A stretch of 32,000 bases of DNA from Psychrobacter sp. HD31 (GTDB lineage: Bacteria; Pseudomonadota; Gammaproteobacteria; Pseudomonadales; Moraxellaceae). How positions within the stretch are numbered: position 1 is the first letter of the stretch; the number at the start of each line of letters is the position of its first letter. A program made the translations under genes and the position numbers. Below the pieces are notes generated by a model. The model saw only the letters and a list, made by a program, of their open reading frames with translations, was not told the origin of the DNA and ran no database searches. Shown piece after piece: positions 17,104 through 26,308 of this stretch. The stretch is from assembly GCF_051097895.1 (NCBI RefSeq), contig NZ_CP142525.1, forward strand, positions 120,001-152,000, written 5' to 3'.

Positions 17104-18084
17104 ATGATTAGTATCTCTAAAAAACTGAGTGTGTGTGCTGTTATTGCATTGTTGGTCGCACCCAATGTCCATGCCGCCAGATGTAAATTGCCTAAAAGTT
17201 ATTACAAACATGTGTCTTGCACTGCCAGCCCTAATTATTTTTTAGCGGTTACAGATTCTGGCAGACCCGTTGCCTTGCTTAACAAGAAAGGTAAACAAGC
17301 GGTTAATTTGCAAAGATACCAAAAAGTTGCGGTAAATAAGTTGTCGGAGGGCTTGTTGCCAGTGAAACGGGCAAATAAGCTGGGCTATGTTAACATGCGT
17401 GGGGTAGAGGTTATCCCAGCAACTTATGATGTGATGTCTGGTTCTAATTGGGCAAGACGAGTGTCCAATGGTCGCATTGTGGTTAAAAAAAATGGTAGGT
17501 ATGGTGTTATTAACACATCAAACTCTGTCATTGTCCCTTTTTCATCCCATATCTCTAGCCTTAGTGATTATAGAAAAGGCAAAGCAAAAATGGTACGCAG
17601 TGGCAAAACCTACTGGGTAAACTCAGCAGGCAAAAGAACAGCAATTAAACCTAAAACTGCCTCACAAACTAGTGTCACACAAAAAGCAAATGCAAATCAA
17701 TCTAACCCTAATGACATAGAATTTTTGCGGGTTCCTCAAAAACCAGAAGATATGCAACTTAAACCGCACAGTAGTGATGGAAAGTGGGGGTTTGTTGATC
17801 AAAACGGCACAACGATGATTATTTATTCTTTTGATGAAGTGATGCCTTACTCTGAAGATTTGGCTGGTGTTAAATTAGGCAGCAAATGGGGGTTTATTGA
17901 TAAAGGGGGGAATTTAATTATCCCCTTTAGATTCGAAGATTCTGGTATTACTCGTAATAATGTTGACCCAAAAAATCAGCAACCAGCATTTACTTTTGTA
18001 AATGGTAAAGCGTGGATAGGAAACTTGGTTAATGGCAAAAAAATGTGTATTGATAAAAGTGGTGTAAGTACCGACTGCAATTAG
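17104..18084 (+). CDS. secreted WG-repeat (KWG) containing protein
   Basis: The signal peptide ends VHA/AR. Repeats of the type GKWGFVDQNGTTMI, SKWGFIDKGGNLIIPFRFED, GRYGVINTSNSVIVPF and KLGYVNMRGVEVIPATYD are present. Confidence 0.7.
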   Translation: MISISKKLSVCAVIALLVAPNVHAARCKLPKSYYKHVSCTASPNYFLAVTDSGRPVALLNKKGKQAVNLQRYQKVAVNKLSEGLLPVKRANKLGYVNMRGVEVIPATYDVMSGSNWARRVSNGRIVVKKNGRYGVINTSNSVIVPFSSHISSLSDYRKGKAKMVRSGKTYWVNSAGKRTAIKPKTASQTSVTQKANANQSNPNDIEFLRVPQKPEDMQLKPHSSDGKWGFVDQNGTTMIIYSFDEVMPYSEDLAGVKLGSKWGFIDKGGNLIIPFRFEDSGITRNNVDPKNQQPAFTFVNGKAWIGNLVNGKKMCIDKSGVSTDCN

Positions 18085-18153
18085 CCTTTAACGATACAAA
18101 CCATAAATATTTATCACAAGAAATAGTTATTAAATAGCAAACAATCAATAACA

Positions 18154-18185
18154 AAAAGGTGGCTTTAATTATGCCACTTTTTTTT
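18154..18185 (+). terminator. candidate terminator after the WG-repeat gene
   Basis: GGTGGC / GCCAC short stem with A-run and T-run flanks (AAAAAGGTGGC...GCCACTTTTTTTT). Confidence 0.5.
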
Positions 18186-18247
18186 GGGGCATGTTACCAT
18201 TTATTTGTTTAGGCAATCATAAATAAAGGACAATAAAGGAAAACCTC

Positions 18248-21200
18248 ATGCCAAAAATCACTTATAGTATTGATAAAAAAAGAATCGAAAAAATTAGTCA
18301 GCTGGCAAGTGGCTATGTCGCAGAAAATCAACAATTACTCTCCCAATTTGTGCAGGTCTACTATCAAGAAATGTATGCCGAAACAGCACAAAAGTATAGT
18401 GATGAAGACTTAGCCGGTATGGCTTTGCATCATTTTACGTTATTGATGGAATACGATGCAAAAAAACCACAAATTGCGGTAATCAATCCAACTGTAGAAG
18501 AACATCACTTTCATAGCAACGCTAGTATTGTGCAAATGGTTGCCTATGATCGACCGTTTTTAGTAGATACCATGTTAATGACCCTAGAAGAAGCCGGCAT
18601 TAACGTGCATCGTGTCCATAATACGATTATGGCAGTTAACCGTGATACAGGAAAAGTACCCGGTAAGGTGATTGGCATAGGCAGTGCAGACAGCAGTGAC
18701 CGAAAACATATGTCGATTATCCATTGTGAAATTGATAGTCAAGCAACTGATAAACTGCGAGAAGTTGGTCATATCTTATTTGATAAAGTAGAGTTGTTGG
18801 ATGCCATTAATAGTGACTGGCAAGCCATGCGAGATCGCTTAGAGCTGGCTCAATCGGTTGTAGTTAAACACATGCCAGAAGATTTTTACTCTCGTGCAGC
18901 GGTTAACGACTTTTTGTCATGGATATTAGATGATCATTTTATCTTTTTAGGATACCGAGAATATACGATTGAACAAAATGATAATGACATAGAGATGTAT
19001 ACAGTTGGTGGGAGTGGTCTGGGGGTATTACGTACCGATGACGAACACATTAAGTCTGAAAGTTTTGAGCAACTACCAAATGAGTTAAAACATCAAGTCA
19101 CAGGCTCACGTAGTTTGTTGCTTTCAAAATCTAATCATGTTTCTCCGGTGCATCGTGCAGGGCATATGGATTTTTTAGGTATCCATAAATTTGATGAAAC
19201 AGGCAAGCTGGTTGGTGAATATCGCTTTATCGGGTTATTAACGTCGCAAGCATATCAACTGCGTGTGCAACAAATTCCACTATTGCGTGAAAACGCTAAT
19301 AAATTGTTGGCAATGGCAAACTTGCCAAAAGATGGACACGCTTACCAAAAAATGATGAACATCATCAATGAGCTGCCACGTGATGACTTGTTTCAGGCAA
19401 GTGCAGAGGAGCTGTATCCAATTGTTAGAGGCATCTCTCAATTACAAGATAAAACAAGTTTGCGTTTGTTTACGCGTATGGACAGTTATCAGCGATTTGT
19501 TTCTTGCTTAGCTTATATTCCAAGAGATAAGTTTAACACCCGCTTACGGAAAAAAGTTCAAGAAAAACTGGTAGAAGCCTATGGTGGTTTGTCTGCTGGT
19601 TTTACGACAAAGTTTGATGATACCAATCACGCTTGTGTTAGTTTTTACATCCGCACAAAACCTGGGCAGATTAAAAAGGTTGACGTAAAAACATTAGAAG
19701 CAGAGCTAATGGAAATGATGCAGGGTTGGGAAGATGGCTTTGCAAATGCGCTGATAGCGGAGATGGGAGATCAAAAAGCTAACCAAATTCAAAAAGTTTT
19801 TGTTAACAAGATACCAGCATCGTACAAAGAAAGCTTTGATACACGCACCGCTGTAAAAGACATTAACCGTTTAAATCAATTGAGCAAAGAAAACCCATTA
19901 AAATGGCACTTGTTCCAATCAACAGGGGATAAAAAGCATCAACTTCACTTAAAGCTTTATGGTAAAAACCAACCTGAAGTTTTATCTAATGTGTTACCAA
20001 TTTTAGAAAACTTTGGGGTGGCGGTTAAGTCTGCTGATACGTATCAATTTAACTTGGACGATAACCCAGTTTGGATGCAAAACTACGCTCTTATTTTACG
20101 CAATGTTGAGTCGGTTGACTTGTCAGTAGTACGAGAGCAGTTTGAAAACAGCTTACAACAAATTTGGGATAACAAGGTAGAAAGCGACCGCTTAAACGAA
20201 CTTATTTTGGTGAGTAAGCTTTCTACCTTTGACGTGGTTGTTTTACGAGCGTTATCACGCTATATGATTCAAGCAAAAGCGCCTTTTTCTCATGAATATG
20301 TGGTACAAACTTTAACCGGCAATGTGGATATTTCTGTTAAATTAATTGAGCTGTTTCATGCCCGCATGACACCAGCGTTAGAAAACCGTGAGTCAAAAAT
20401 TGAGGCGATTCGTAAAGAGATTGACACTTGCTTAAAACAAGTTAACAGTTTAGATGAAGATCGTATCATCCATTGGTTGTTAGACTTAATAAATGCCATG
20501 TTGCGTACCAACTTTTATCAAGTAGATGAAAGTGAAAATAACCGAAACGAGCGTAAAGACAGATTATCATTTAAGTTTGATGCACATGCCATTCCAAACT
20601 TACCACAACCAAAACCCATGTTTGAGATTTTTGTTTACTCACCAAGAGTTGAGGCCGTTCATTTGCGTGGTGGTAAAGTTGCGCGTGGCGGTTTGAGATG
20701 GTCTGACCGTATGGAAGACTTCCGTACAGAGGTGCTTGGTTTGGTTAAGGCACAAATGGTTAAAAACTCAGTCATTGTACCTGTGGGCTCTAAAGGTGGT
20801 TTTATTGTAAAAACAGACACCAAAGGCATGGATAGAGATGCGTGGTTAAAAGAGGGCGTGGCTTGCTATCAAACCTTCATCCGTGGCATGTTAGATATTA
20901 CAGACAACTTGGTTGATGGTAAGGTGGTTGCACCAAAAAACACCACGCGTCATGATGACGATGATCCCTACTTGGTTGTCGCTGCTGATAAAGGTACTGC
21001 AACATTTTCAGATATTGCTAATGCGCTGGCGCGTGAATATGGTTTTTGGCTTGATGATGCCTTTGCTTCGGGTGGTTCAGTGGGTTATGACCACAAAGCA
21101 ATGGGGATTACTGCAAAAGGTGCTTGGGAGTCGGTTAAGCGTCATTTCCGCCTGATGGGTAAAGACATCCAAAGCAAAGATACCTTTACCGTGGTTGGTA

Positions 21201-23086
21201 TTGGCGATATGAGCGGGGATGTGTTTGGTAATGGCATGCTGTTATCAAAAAATATACGTTTGCAAGCCGCCTTTAACCATTTGCATATCTTTATTGACCC
21301 AAAACCTGATGTAGCAGCAAGTTATGCCGAGCGTGAACGTATGTTTGCCTTACCACGTTCTAACTGGGCAGATTATGATACTAAGCTGATTAGCAAAGGG
21401 GGTGGGGTATTCTCACGAAGTGAAAAGTCGCTAGTGATTACCGATGAGATGAAACAAGCCTTTAACATCAGTGAAGATACGTTGACACCTAACCAGCTTA
21501 TTAATGCCTTATTGAAAGCACCAGTCGACTTGTTGTGGAATGGTGGGATTGGTACTTATGTTAAGAGCCGTGATGAAAGCCATGCCGATGTAGGCGATAA
21601 GGCGAATGATAGCCTTCGGGTAAATGGTTGTGAAGTTAACGCTAAAATAATAGGTGAGGGTGGTAACCTAGGTTGTACACAACGTGGGCGTATTGAATAT
21701 GCGCAAAAAGGTGGCAGAATTTATACCGATGCCATTGATAACTCTGGTGGGGTTAACTGCTCTGACCATGAAGTTAATATTAAAATTTTATTGGGCGATG
21801 TGGTAGCCAAAGGCGATATGACAGTTAAGCAACGCAATAACTTGTTAGAGAGTATGACGGATGAAGTGTCAGAGTTGGTATTACGCCAAAACTATTTACA
21901 ACCGCAAACCATTGAACTGAGTGCTTATGAGGCGGTACAAAGGCTAAATGAGCATCAACGTATGATGCAATTGTTTGAATCACAAAATCTACTGGATCGT
22001 GAAATTGAACTCTTACCAAGTGATGAGCAAATTGCCGAAAGAGTGGCTGCTGGTCAAGGGCTAACCAACCCAGAGCTTTCTGTTTTATTAGCTTATGGAA
22101 AAATGTGGGTATATGACCAATTGTTAGCATCGGACTTACCAGATGAAACCTATTTCCAAAATGAGCTGCGTAAATACTTCCCAGATGCTTTATTAGCCAA
22201 TGGAGATACGCCTTATTTTGAGCAAATGACTCAGCATCGCTTGCATCGAGAAATTATTAGTACGTATTTAACAAATGGCTTAGTTAACCGCCTCGGCATT
22301 GAAACGGTTTTCCGTTTAATTGAAGAAACAGGGCAAGATATTGTAACAATCACTCATGCTTATGCAGTCGCACGTGATGTGTTTAACATTTATCAAACTT
22401 GGATTATGCTAGAAGCATTAGACAACAAAGTCGATGCAAAGTTACAAATTGAGCTAGAACTGGAATTACGTAAATTTATTAAACAGGTAATTATTTGGTT
22501 TATTAACAACAAGGGTACGAGTCAATCGTTAGATATTGCAGAACTGACTCAGCAGTATCAGCATGCAGTACAAGATATTTTAACGGATAACGATTTTGTT
22601 GCTAATTTTGATATGCAAATTAAAGCAAGTCAAAATCATTACCAACAACAAGGGTTGTCTGCCGAGCAGGCTGATATTTTTGCTAAATTACCCGTGTTTG
22701 TAAAAGCATTGGATGTTGTGCAACTTGCCCAGCAGTCTAGAAAGCCAATTAGTGAAGTGGCAAATGTTTACTTGAGCATATCTGACCAATTAAATGTGGG
22801 CTGGTTGTTTGCACAAAGTGAACAACTCCCTCAACAAACCTATTGGGATAGACGTGCTAACAATGCACTGACGCATGAAATGAACAAGACTCTAAGAGGC
22901 TTAACCCTAGATGTTTTACAAGCGGATGATACCAACAAAGCAATGAAAACTTGGCTAGCACAGAAAAAACAAGTGTTAGATAACTTGCAAGCAGCAAAAG
23001 AGAGTATGGAAAATCAGCCCGTTAAGCTTTCTGCATTATCGGTTTTATTAAGTGAGATGAATGGGTTGCACTCAATAAGTCTGTAA
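18248..23086 (+). CDS. gdhB: large NAD-specific glutamate dehydrogenase (about 180 kDa class)
   Basis: 1612-aa single ORF. The catalytic core RGGLRWSDR...VPVGSKGGF...VVAADKGTATFSD...GITAKGAWES...GDMSGDVFGNGML...GEGGNLG is diagnostic for the GdhB/GDH-4 family. Confidence 0.95.
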   Translation: MPKITYSIDKKRIEKISQLASGYVAENQQLLSQFVQVYYQEMYAETAQKYSDEDLAGMALHHFTLLMEYDAKKPQIAVINPTVEEHHFHSNASIVQMVAYDRPFLVDTMLMTLEEAGINVHRVHNTIMAVNRDTGKVPGKVIGIGSADSSDRKHMSIIHCEIDSQATDKLREVGHILFDKVELLDAINSDWQAMRDRLELAQSVVVKHMPEDFYSRAAVNDFLSWILDDHFIFLGYREYTIEQNDNDIEMYTVGGSGLGVLRTDDEHIKSESFEQLPNELKHQVTGSRSLLLSKSNHVSPVHRAGHMDFLGIHKFDETGKLVGEYRFIGLLTSQAYQLRVQQIPLLRENANKLLAMANLPKDGHAYQKMMNIINELPRDDLFQASAEELYPIVRGISQLQDKTSLRLFTRMDSYQRFVSCLAYIPRDKFNTRLRKKVQEKLVEAYGGLSAGFTTKFDDTNHACVSFYIRTKPGQIKKVDVKTLEAELMEMMQGWEDGFANALIAEMGDQKANQIQKVFVNKIPASYKESFDTRTAVKDINRLNQLSKENPLKWHLFQSTGDKKHQLHLKLYGKNQPEVLSNVLPILENFGVAVKSADTYQFNLDDNPVWMQNYALILRNVESVDLSVVREQFENSLQQIWDNKVESDRLNELILVSKLSTFDVVVLRALSRYMIQAKAPFSHEYVVQTLTGNVDISVKLIELFHARMTPALENRESKIEAIRKEIDTCLKQVNSLDEDRIIHWLLDLINAMLRTNFYQVDESENNRNERKDRLSFKFDAHAIPNLPQPKPMFEIFVYSPRVEAVHLRGGKVARGGLRWSDRMEDFRTEVLGLVKAQMVKNSVIVPVGSKGGFIVKTDTKGMDRDAWLKEGVACYQTFIRGMLDITDNLVDGKVVAPKNTTRHDDDDPYLVVAADKGTATFSDIANALAREYGFWLDDAFASGGSVGYDHKAMGITAKGAWESVKRHFRLMGKDIQSKDTFTVVGIGDMSGDVFGNGMLLSKNIRLQAAFNHLHIFIDPKPDVAASYAERERMFALPRSNWADYDTKLISKGGGVFSRSEKSLVITDEMKQAFNISEDTLTPNQLINALLKAPVDLLWNGGIGTYVKSRDESHADVGDKANDSLRVNGCEVNAKIIGEGGNLGCTQRGRIEYAQKGGRIYTDAIDNSGGVNCSDHEVNIKILLGDVVAKGDMTVKQRNNLLESMTDEVSELVLRQNYLQPQTIELSAYEAVQRLNEHQRMMQLFESQNLLDREIELLPSDEQIAERVAAGQGLTNPELSVLLAYGKMWVYDQLLASDLPDETYFQNELRKYFPDALLANGDTPYFEQMTQHRLHREIISTYLTNGLVNRLGIETVFRLIEETGQDIVTITHAYAVARDVFNIYQTWIMLEALDNKVDAKLQIELELELRKFIKQVIIWFINNKGTSQSLDIAELTQQYQHAVQDILTDNDFVANFDMQIKASQNHYQQQGLSAEQADIFAKLPVFVKALDVVQLAQQSRKPISEVANVYLSISDQLNVGWLFAQSEQLPQQTYWDRRANNALTHEMNKTLRGLTLDVLQADDTNKAMKTWLAQKKQVLDNLQAAKESMENQPVKLSALSVLLSEMNGLHSISL

Positions 23087-23117
23087 GTACAAATAGCCAT
23101 ATTATTTGTCAAGAATA

Positions 23118-23151
23118 AATCAGCTAGCAAACGCTTGTTAGCTGATTTTTT
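23118..23151 (+). terminator. strong rho-independent terminator of gdhB
   Basis: 13-bp stem AATCAGCTAGCAA / TTGTTAGCTGATT with one G-U pair, a 4-nt loop and a T-run. Confidence 0.85.
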
Positions 23152-23227
23152 ATGGGCAGTTATTTATGAGCCGTTGTTTGCTTTGTAATTCAAATTGCTT
23201 TGTCATTAAAATGACTTATTAACTTGC

Positions 23228-23270
23228 TAAATTATGACTGTCGCAATATGCTTTTGGTAAATTATGACTG
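23228..23270. repeat. two exact 13-bp direct repeats TAAATTATGACTG spaced 30 bp apart, plus related ATGACT half-sites at 23211 and 23287
   Basis: The exact copies are at 23228-23240 and 23258-23270. ATGACT start-to-start spacing is 23/30/23 bp. A 17-bp tandem pair TTGCTTTGT(A/C)ATT(C/A)AAA lies just upstream at 23178 and 23195. Confidence 0.8.
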
Positions 23271-23286
23271 CATAAGGAGCTTGTTT

Positions 23287-23358
23287 ATGACTTGGATTAG
23301 TCTGTTTAAACAATGGTGTTGCCAGTTGATTAATGAGGGTGCTTATGAGACCCAATAA
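23287..23358 (+). CDS. candidate 23-codon upstream ORF (MTWISLFKQWCCQLINEGAYETQ)
   Basis: AAGGAG (23274-23279) lies 7 nt upstream of ATG 23287 and is the best SD in this intergenic region. The sORF overlaps both candidate starts of the downstream gene in a different frame. Confidence 0.25.
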   Translation: MTWISLFKQWCCQLINEGAYETQ

Positions 23359-24292
23359 CCGACAGCAACGACTCCGAGACTGGTGGGAATTTCAACATCT
23401 TTACCAGATACTATCTGACCTCTCTAACAAATCAAAACAAAAATCGGCTTCTTATTCTCCCCAACAGTTATCTAAAAACAGTCAATTCACTTCTCAAATT
23501 AAAACAAATATAGTCACTTCTAGAACGCAGATACCGTACAAAAATTCAGTTGACAGTAATCTTTTAAACCATAACAATAATATTGTAAATAATAATTCTG
23601 CTTCTTATCGTCCCAACCATCATCGTCTTAAAATGTTAACCAGTCGCCAAAATCAAAGTAAACGCCAAAGAGAGTGGATTTATTTAACCCATTACCTTGC
23701 GATTACGGGTTTAAATCCTATCCATATTATCTCGGGTAATGATGATGGGCGAGAACCGGACTTCACTTTAGTTTTTTATCATGATTCTCGCTTATATTAT
23801 GTTGGTGTAGAGTTAACCACTTTACCAAGGCTGCGTGATAATATGGGAGATAAAGCTTTAATTAGCAAACGTTGGTACTGGCAATCGTTACACAAAATAG
23901 CCCGTTTACGCGAAAAAGAAGAAAACTTAGAGACGGGCGCTGCTTCTCAGTCTGTTATGTATCATTATGATAGGTTTAGAGTACCAATGTCTACGCTTTA
24001 TATGCCAGCAGAAGAATTTGCTAAACGACCCAGCAAAAAGTCGATGATTTCACAAGATGATATGGATGCGGTTATGGAAAAAAAAGCACATAAGGTCGAG
24101 GCTTACCATACTCGTAGACCTTTGCAAGAGTTATGGTTGTTAGTACATACGGATAAATATCAACCCGAAAATGTACTCACCGCACCAGACTATAAGCTTT
24201 TTCATGACAGTGGTTATGACCAGATTCATGTTACCCGTTATCCAAGTCATAAGGTGATTAATGTGAATAAACAAGGTGCGCTAATCAATTAG
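23333..24292 (+). CDS. orphan hypothetical protein: Q/N/S-rich low-complexity N-terminal region plus a globular C-terminal domain with a PD-(D/E)xK-like motif
   Basis: 319-aa ORF. Alternative start ATG 23345 is preceded by GAGGG; the frame is closed by TGA at 23327. The C-terminal part has REWIYLTHYL...GREPDFTLVF...YVGVELT, resembling the E / PD / ExK nuclease core with T in place of K. Confidence 0.6.
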   Translation: MRVLMRPNNRQQRLRDWWEFQHLYQILSDLSNKSKQKSASYSPQQLSKNSQFTSQIKTNIVTSRTQIPYKNSVDSNLLNHNNNIVNNNSASYRPNHHRLKMLTSRQNQSKRQREWIYLTHYLAITGLNPIHIISGNDDGREPDFTLVFYHDSRLYYVGVELTTLPRLRDNMGDKALISKRWYWQSLHKIARLREKEENLETGAASQSVMYHYDRFRVPMSTLYMPAEEFAKRPSKKSMISQDDMDAVMEKKAHKVEAYHTRRPLQELWLLVHTDKYQPENVLTAPDYKLFHDSGYDQIHVTRYPSHKVINVNKQGALIN

Positions 24293-24331
24293 TTAATTTT
24301 TCTAAACCTTTTTCTAAAGCTTATAGATACT

Positions 24332-24363
24332 AAAAAACCCCAAACTTATTAACTAAGTAGGGG
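24332..24363 (-). terminator. terminator of yebC (minus strand)
   Basis: On the minus strand: CCCCTACTTAG..TAAGTTTGGGG hairpin (GGGG/CCCC plus ACTTA/TAAGT with an internal loop), followed by TTTTTT. Confidence 0.6.
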
Positions 24364-24405
24364 CTTTATATATGATTGCTTATATATTGGCTTTGCTAGG
24401 CTGAT

Positions 24406-25155
24406 TTATCCTTCTAGCTGTGCCATGATATCATCGTTAAAGTTTACGTTGGTATAAACTTCCTGTACGTCGTCTAAGTCTTCCAACATATCAATCAGTT
24501 TCATGACTTTTTCGGCATCTTCAATGTTATCAATATCAGCTGTGGTCGATGGCGACATAGTAACCTCTGCGTTATCTGCTTCTAATCCAGCAGCATCTAA
24601 AGCATCTTTAACCGTACCAAAAGCATCAGGTTCGGTCACAACAATTAGGGCTTCACCATCGTTTTCAATGTCGGTTGCGCCAGCGTCTAATGCTGCCATC
24701 ATAACGTCATCTTCAAGTGATACATCAGAAAAAATAATTTCGCCACGTTGGCTAAATAAATAGTTAACAGAGCCAGATGTGCCTAAGTTACCGCCCATTT
24801 TACTAAACGCATGACGAATCTCCCCAACAGTACGATTCACGTTATCTGTCATGGTTTCTACTAAAACAGCAACGCCACCAACGCCGTAGCCTTCGTAGGT
24901 GATCTCTTCCATATCACCGCCTTCGCCAGTACCTGCACCACGCTCAATAGCACGTTTAATGGTGTCTTTAGTCATATTGGCAGAAAGTGCTTTTTCTACA
25001 GCGGCACGTAGGCGAGGGTTGGTAGCAGGGTCAGGGTCGCCTTGTTTGGTTGCTGATATAATTTCACGAATAATTTTGGTAAAAACTTTACCGCGTTTGG
25101 CATCTTCTTTTGCTTTTTTATGCTTAATGTTAGCCCATTTACTATGACCTGCCAT
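24406..25155 (-). CDS. yebC: YebC/PmpR (TACO1) family DNA-binding transcriptional/translational regulator
   Basis: The N-terminus [32 protein letters not shown] is the hallmark of the family. 249 aa, with AAGGAA SD. Confidence 0.95.
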   Translation of the reverse strand: MAGHSKWANIKHKKAKEDAKRGKVFTKIIREIISATKQGDPDPATNPRLRAAVEKALSANMTKDTIKRAIERGAGTGEGGDMEEITYEGYGVGGVAVLVETMTDNVNRTVGEIRHAFSKMGGNLGTSGSVNYLFSQRGEIIFSDVSLEDDVMMAALDAGATDIENDGEALIVVTEPDAFGTVKDALDAAGLEADNAEVTMSPSTTADIDNIEDAEKVMKLIDMLEDLDDVQEVYTNVNFNDDIMAQLEG

Positions 25156-25388
25156 AATATTTCCTTAACGTATTTTACAAGTATGACTCAGCAATAGAGT
25201 TAAAACCTGTGTTGTTTGTTACTAATTTTTGGTAAAATAATTAGGTTATTAATACAAATTTTGAGTGGTATTATACCCAAATCATGGTTTTTACTCCAAT
25301 TAATATCACAAATATATCATTGTTGTGAGTTGGTTTAAAACTTGTACCATACTTTGTTTAAGTGTTATGCCTAGCTAAGGTTTATTAC

Positions 25389-26219
25389 ATGAAGTTGCTA
25401 ACTAAAAAAAATATTGCAGACTTGCGTGAGCGTATTCATATCGTTATTGATGGAACTGACACTCGATTAGGTAAGTTTTTTGATATTTTTTTAATGGTTG
25501 CTATTATTGCGAGTGTGGCTGTCGTCATGCTTGATAGTGTGTTGTACATACGGCTCAAATATAGTGAAATATTGTTTTATGCAGAGTGGATATTTACCAT
25601 TTTGTTTACACTTGAATATACACTGCGGCTATTTTCAACCCCTAATAGGGCACGCTATGCCTTTAGTTTTTTTGGCATTGTTGATTTATTGTCGTTATTG
25701 CCAACCTATTTAAGCTTGTTCTTAGGTGGTGTGCAGTATATGACCGTTGTGCGCATTTTGCGTATTTTACGGGTTTTCCGTGTATTAAAACTGGCAGCTT
25801 ATATGAAGCAAGCAAGTTTTCTTGCTTCTGCGCTTAATTCTAGCAAGCAAAAGATTTTTGTATTTTTCTTATTTGTTTTGTTAGTGGTTACCGTTTTTGG
25901 TTCGGTATTGTATGTTATTGAAGGGCCTGAAAATGGCTTTACCAGTATTCCCATATCCATTTACTGGGCAATTGTGACACTGACGACTGTCGGTTATGGT
26001 GACATCTCTCCTAAAACGCCATTGGGGCAGGCCGTAGCCAGTATGATTATGATTGTGGGTTACTCAATTATTGCGGTGCCAACTGGCATTTTTACCTCTG
26101 AGCTTGCTAAAAATATGCGCCCGCAATTACACCCTGTTACTTGCCCAAATTGTGGTAAATATGGTCATGCTTCAGGCGCGCATTATTGCGACCGTTGTGG
26201 ACATGAACTGCATTTTTAA
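25389..26219 (+). CDS. voltage-gated (6-TM, Kv-type) potassium channel with C-terminal zinc-ribbon
   Basis: S4 is VVRILRILRVFRVLK, with a basic residue at every third position. The selectivity filter is TLTTVGYGD. The C-terminus CPNCGKYGHASGAHYCDRCGHEL (26142-26216) is a CxxC..CxxC motif. ATG 25389 is preferred over the track's 25362 start. Confidence 0.85.
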   Translation: MKLLTKKNIADLRERIHIVIDGTDTRLGKFFDIFLMVAIIASVAVVMLDSVLYIRLKYSEILFYAEWIFTILFTLEYTLRLFSTPNRARYAFSFFGIVDLLSLLPTYLSLFLGGVQYMTVVRILRILRVFRVLKLAAYMKQASFLASALNSSKQKIFVFFLFVLLVVTVFGSVLYVIEGPENGFTSIPISIYWAIVTLTTVGYGDISPKTPLGQAVASMIMIVGYSIIAVPTGIFTSELAKNMRPQLHPVTCPNCGKYGHASGAHYCDRCGHELHF

Positions 26220-26243
26220 TAACATAAAAAAGTCCATTGATAA

Positions 26244-26278
26244 AAAAGCCGCTATATCCAGTGTATGAGCGGCTTTTT
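26244..26278. terminator. bidirectional terminator between the convergent channel and aroQ genes
   Basis: Perfect 10-bp arms AAAAGCCGCT / AGCGGCTTTT with A-run and T-run flanks. Confidence 0.8.
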
Positions 26279-26308
26279 GTTAATGTTGCTTAAGTAGCAT
26301 TTTTTATT

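Noticed and set aside
18584-22130. ORFs 18584-18772(-), 20913-21155(+) and 21825-22130(-) inside gdhB
   Set aside because: gdhB is one uninterrupted 1612-codon frame with diagnostic motifs, so the internal ORFs are artefacts.
24503-25147. ORFs 24503-24763(+) and 24899-25147(+), antisense to yebC
   Set aside because: They are Ser/Ala/Pro-rich antisense frames of a highly conserved gene.
25362-25388. Upstream extension of the K+ channel ORF (MLCLAKVYY) and internal ORFs 25498-25713 and 26053-26268
   Set aside because: The extension starts at a non-ATG codon without an SD, whereas ATG 25389 follows AAGG. The internal ORFs are out-of-frame overlaps.
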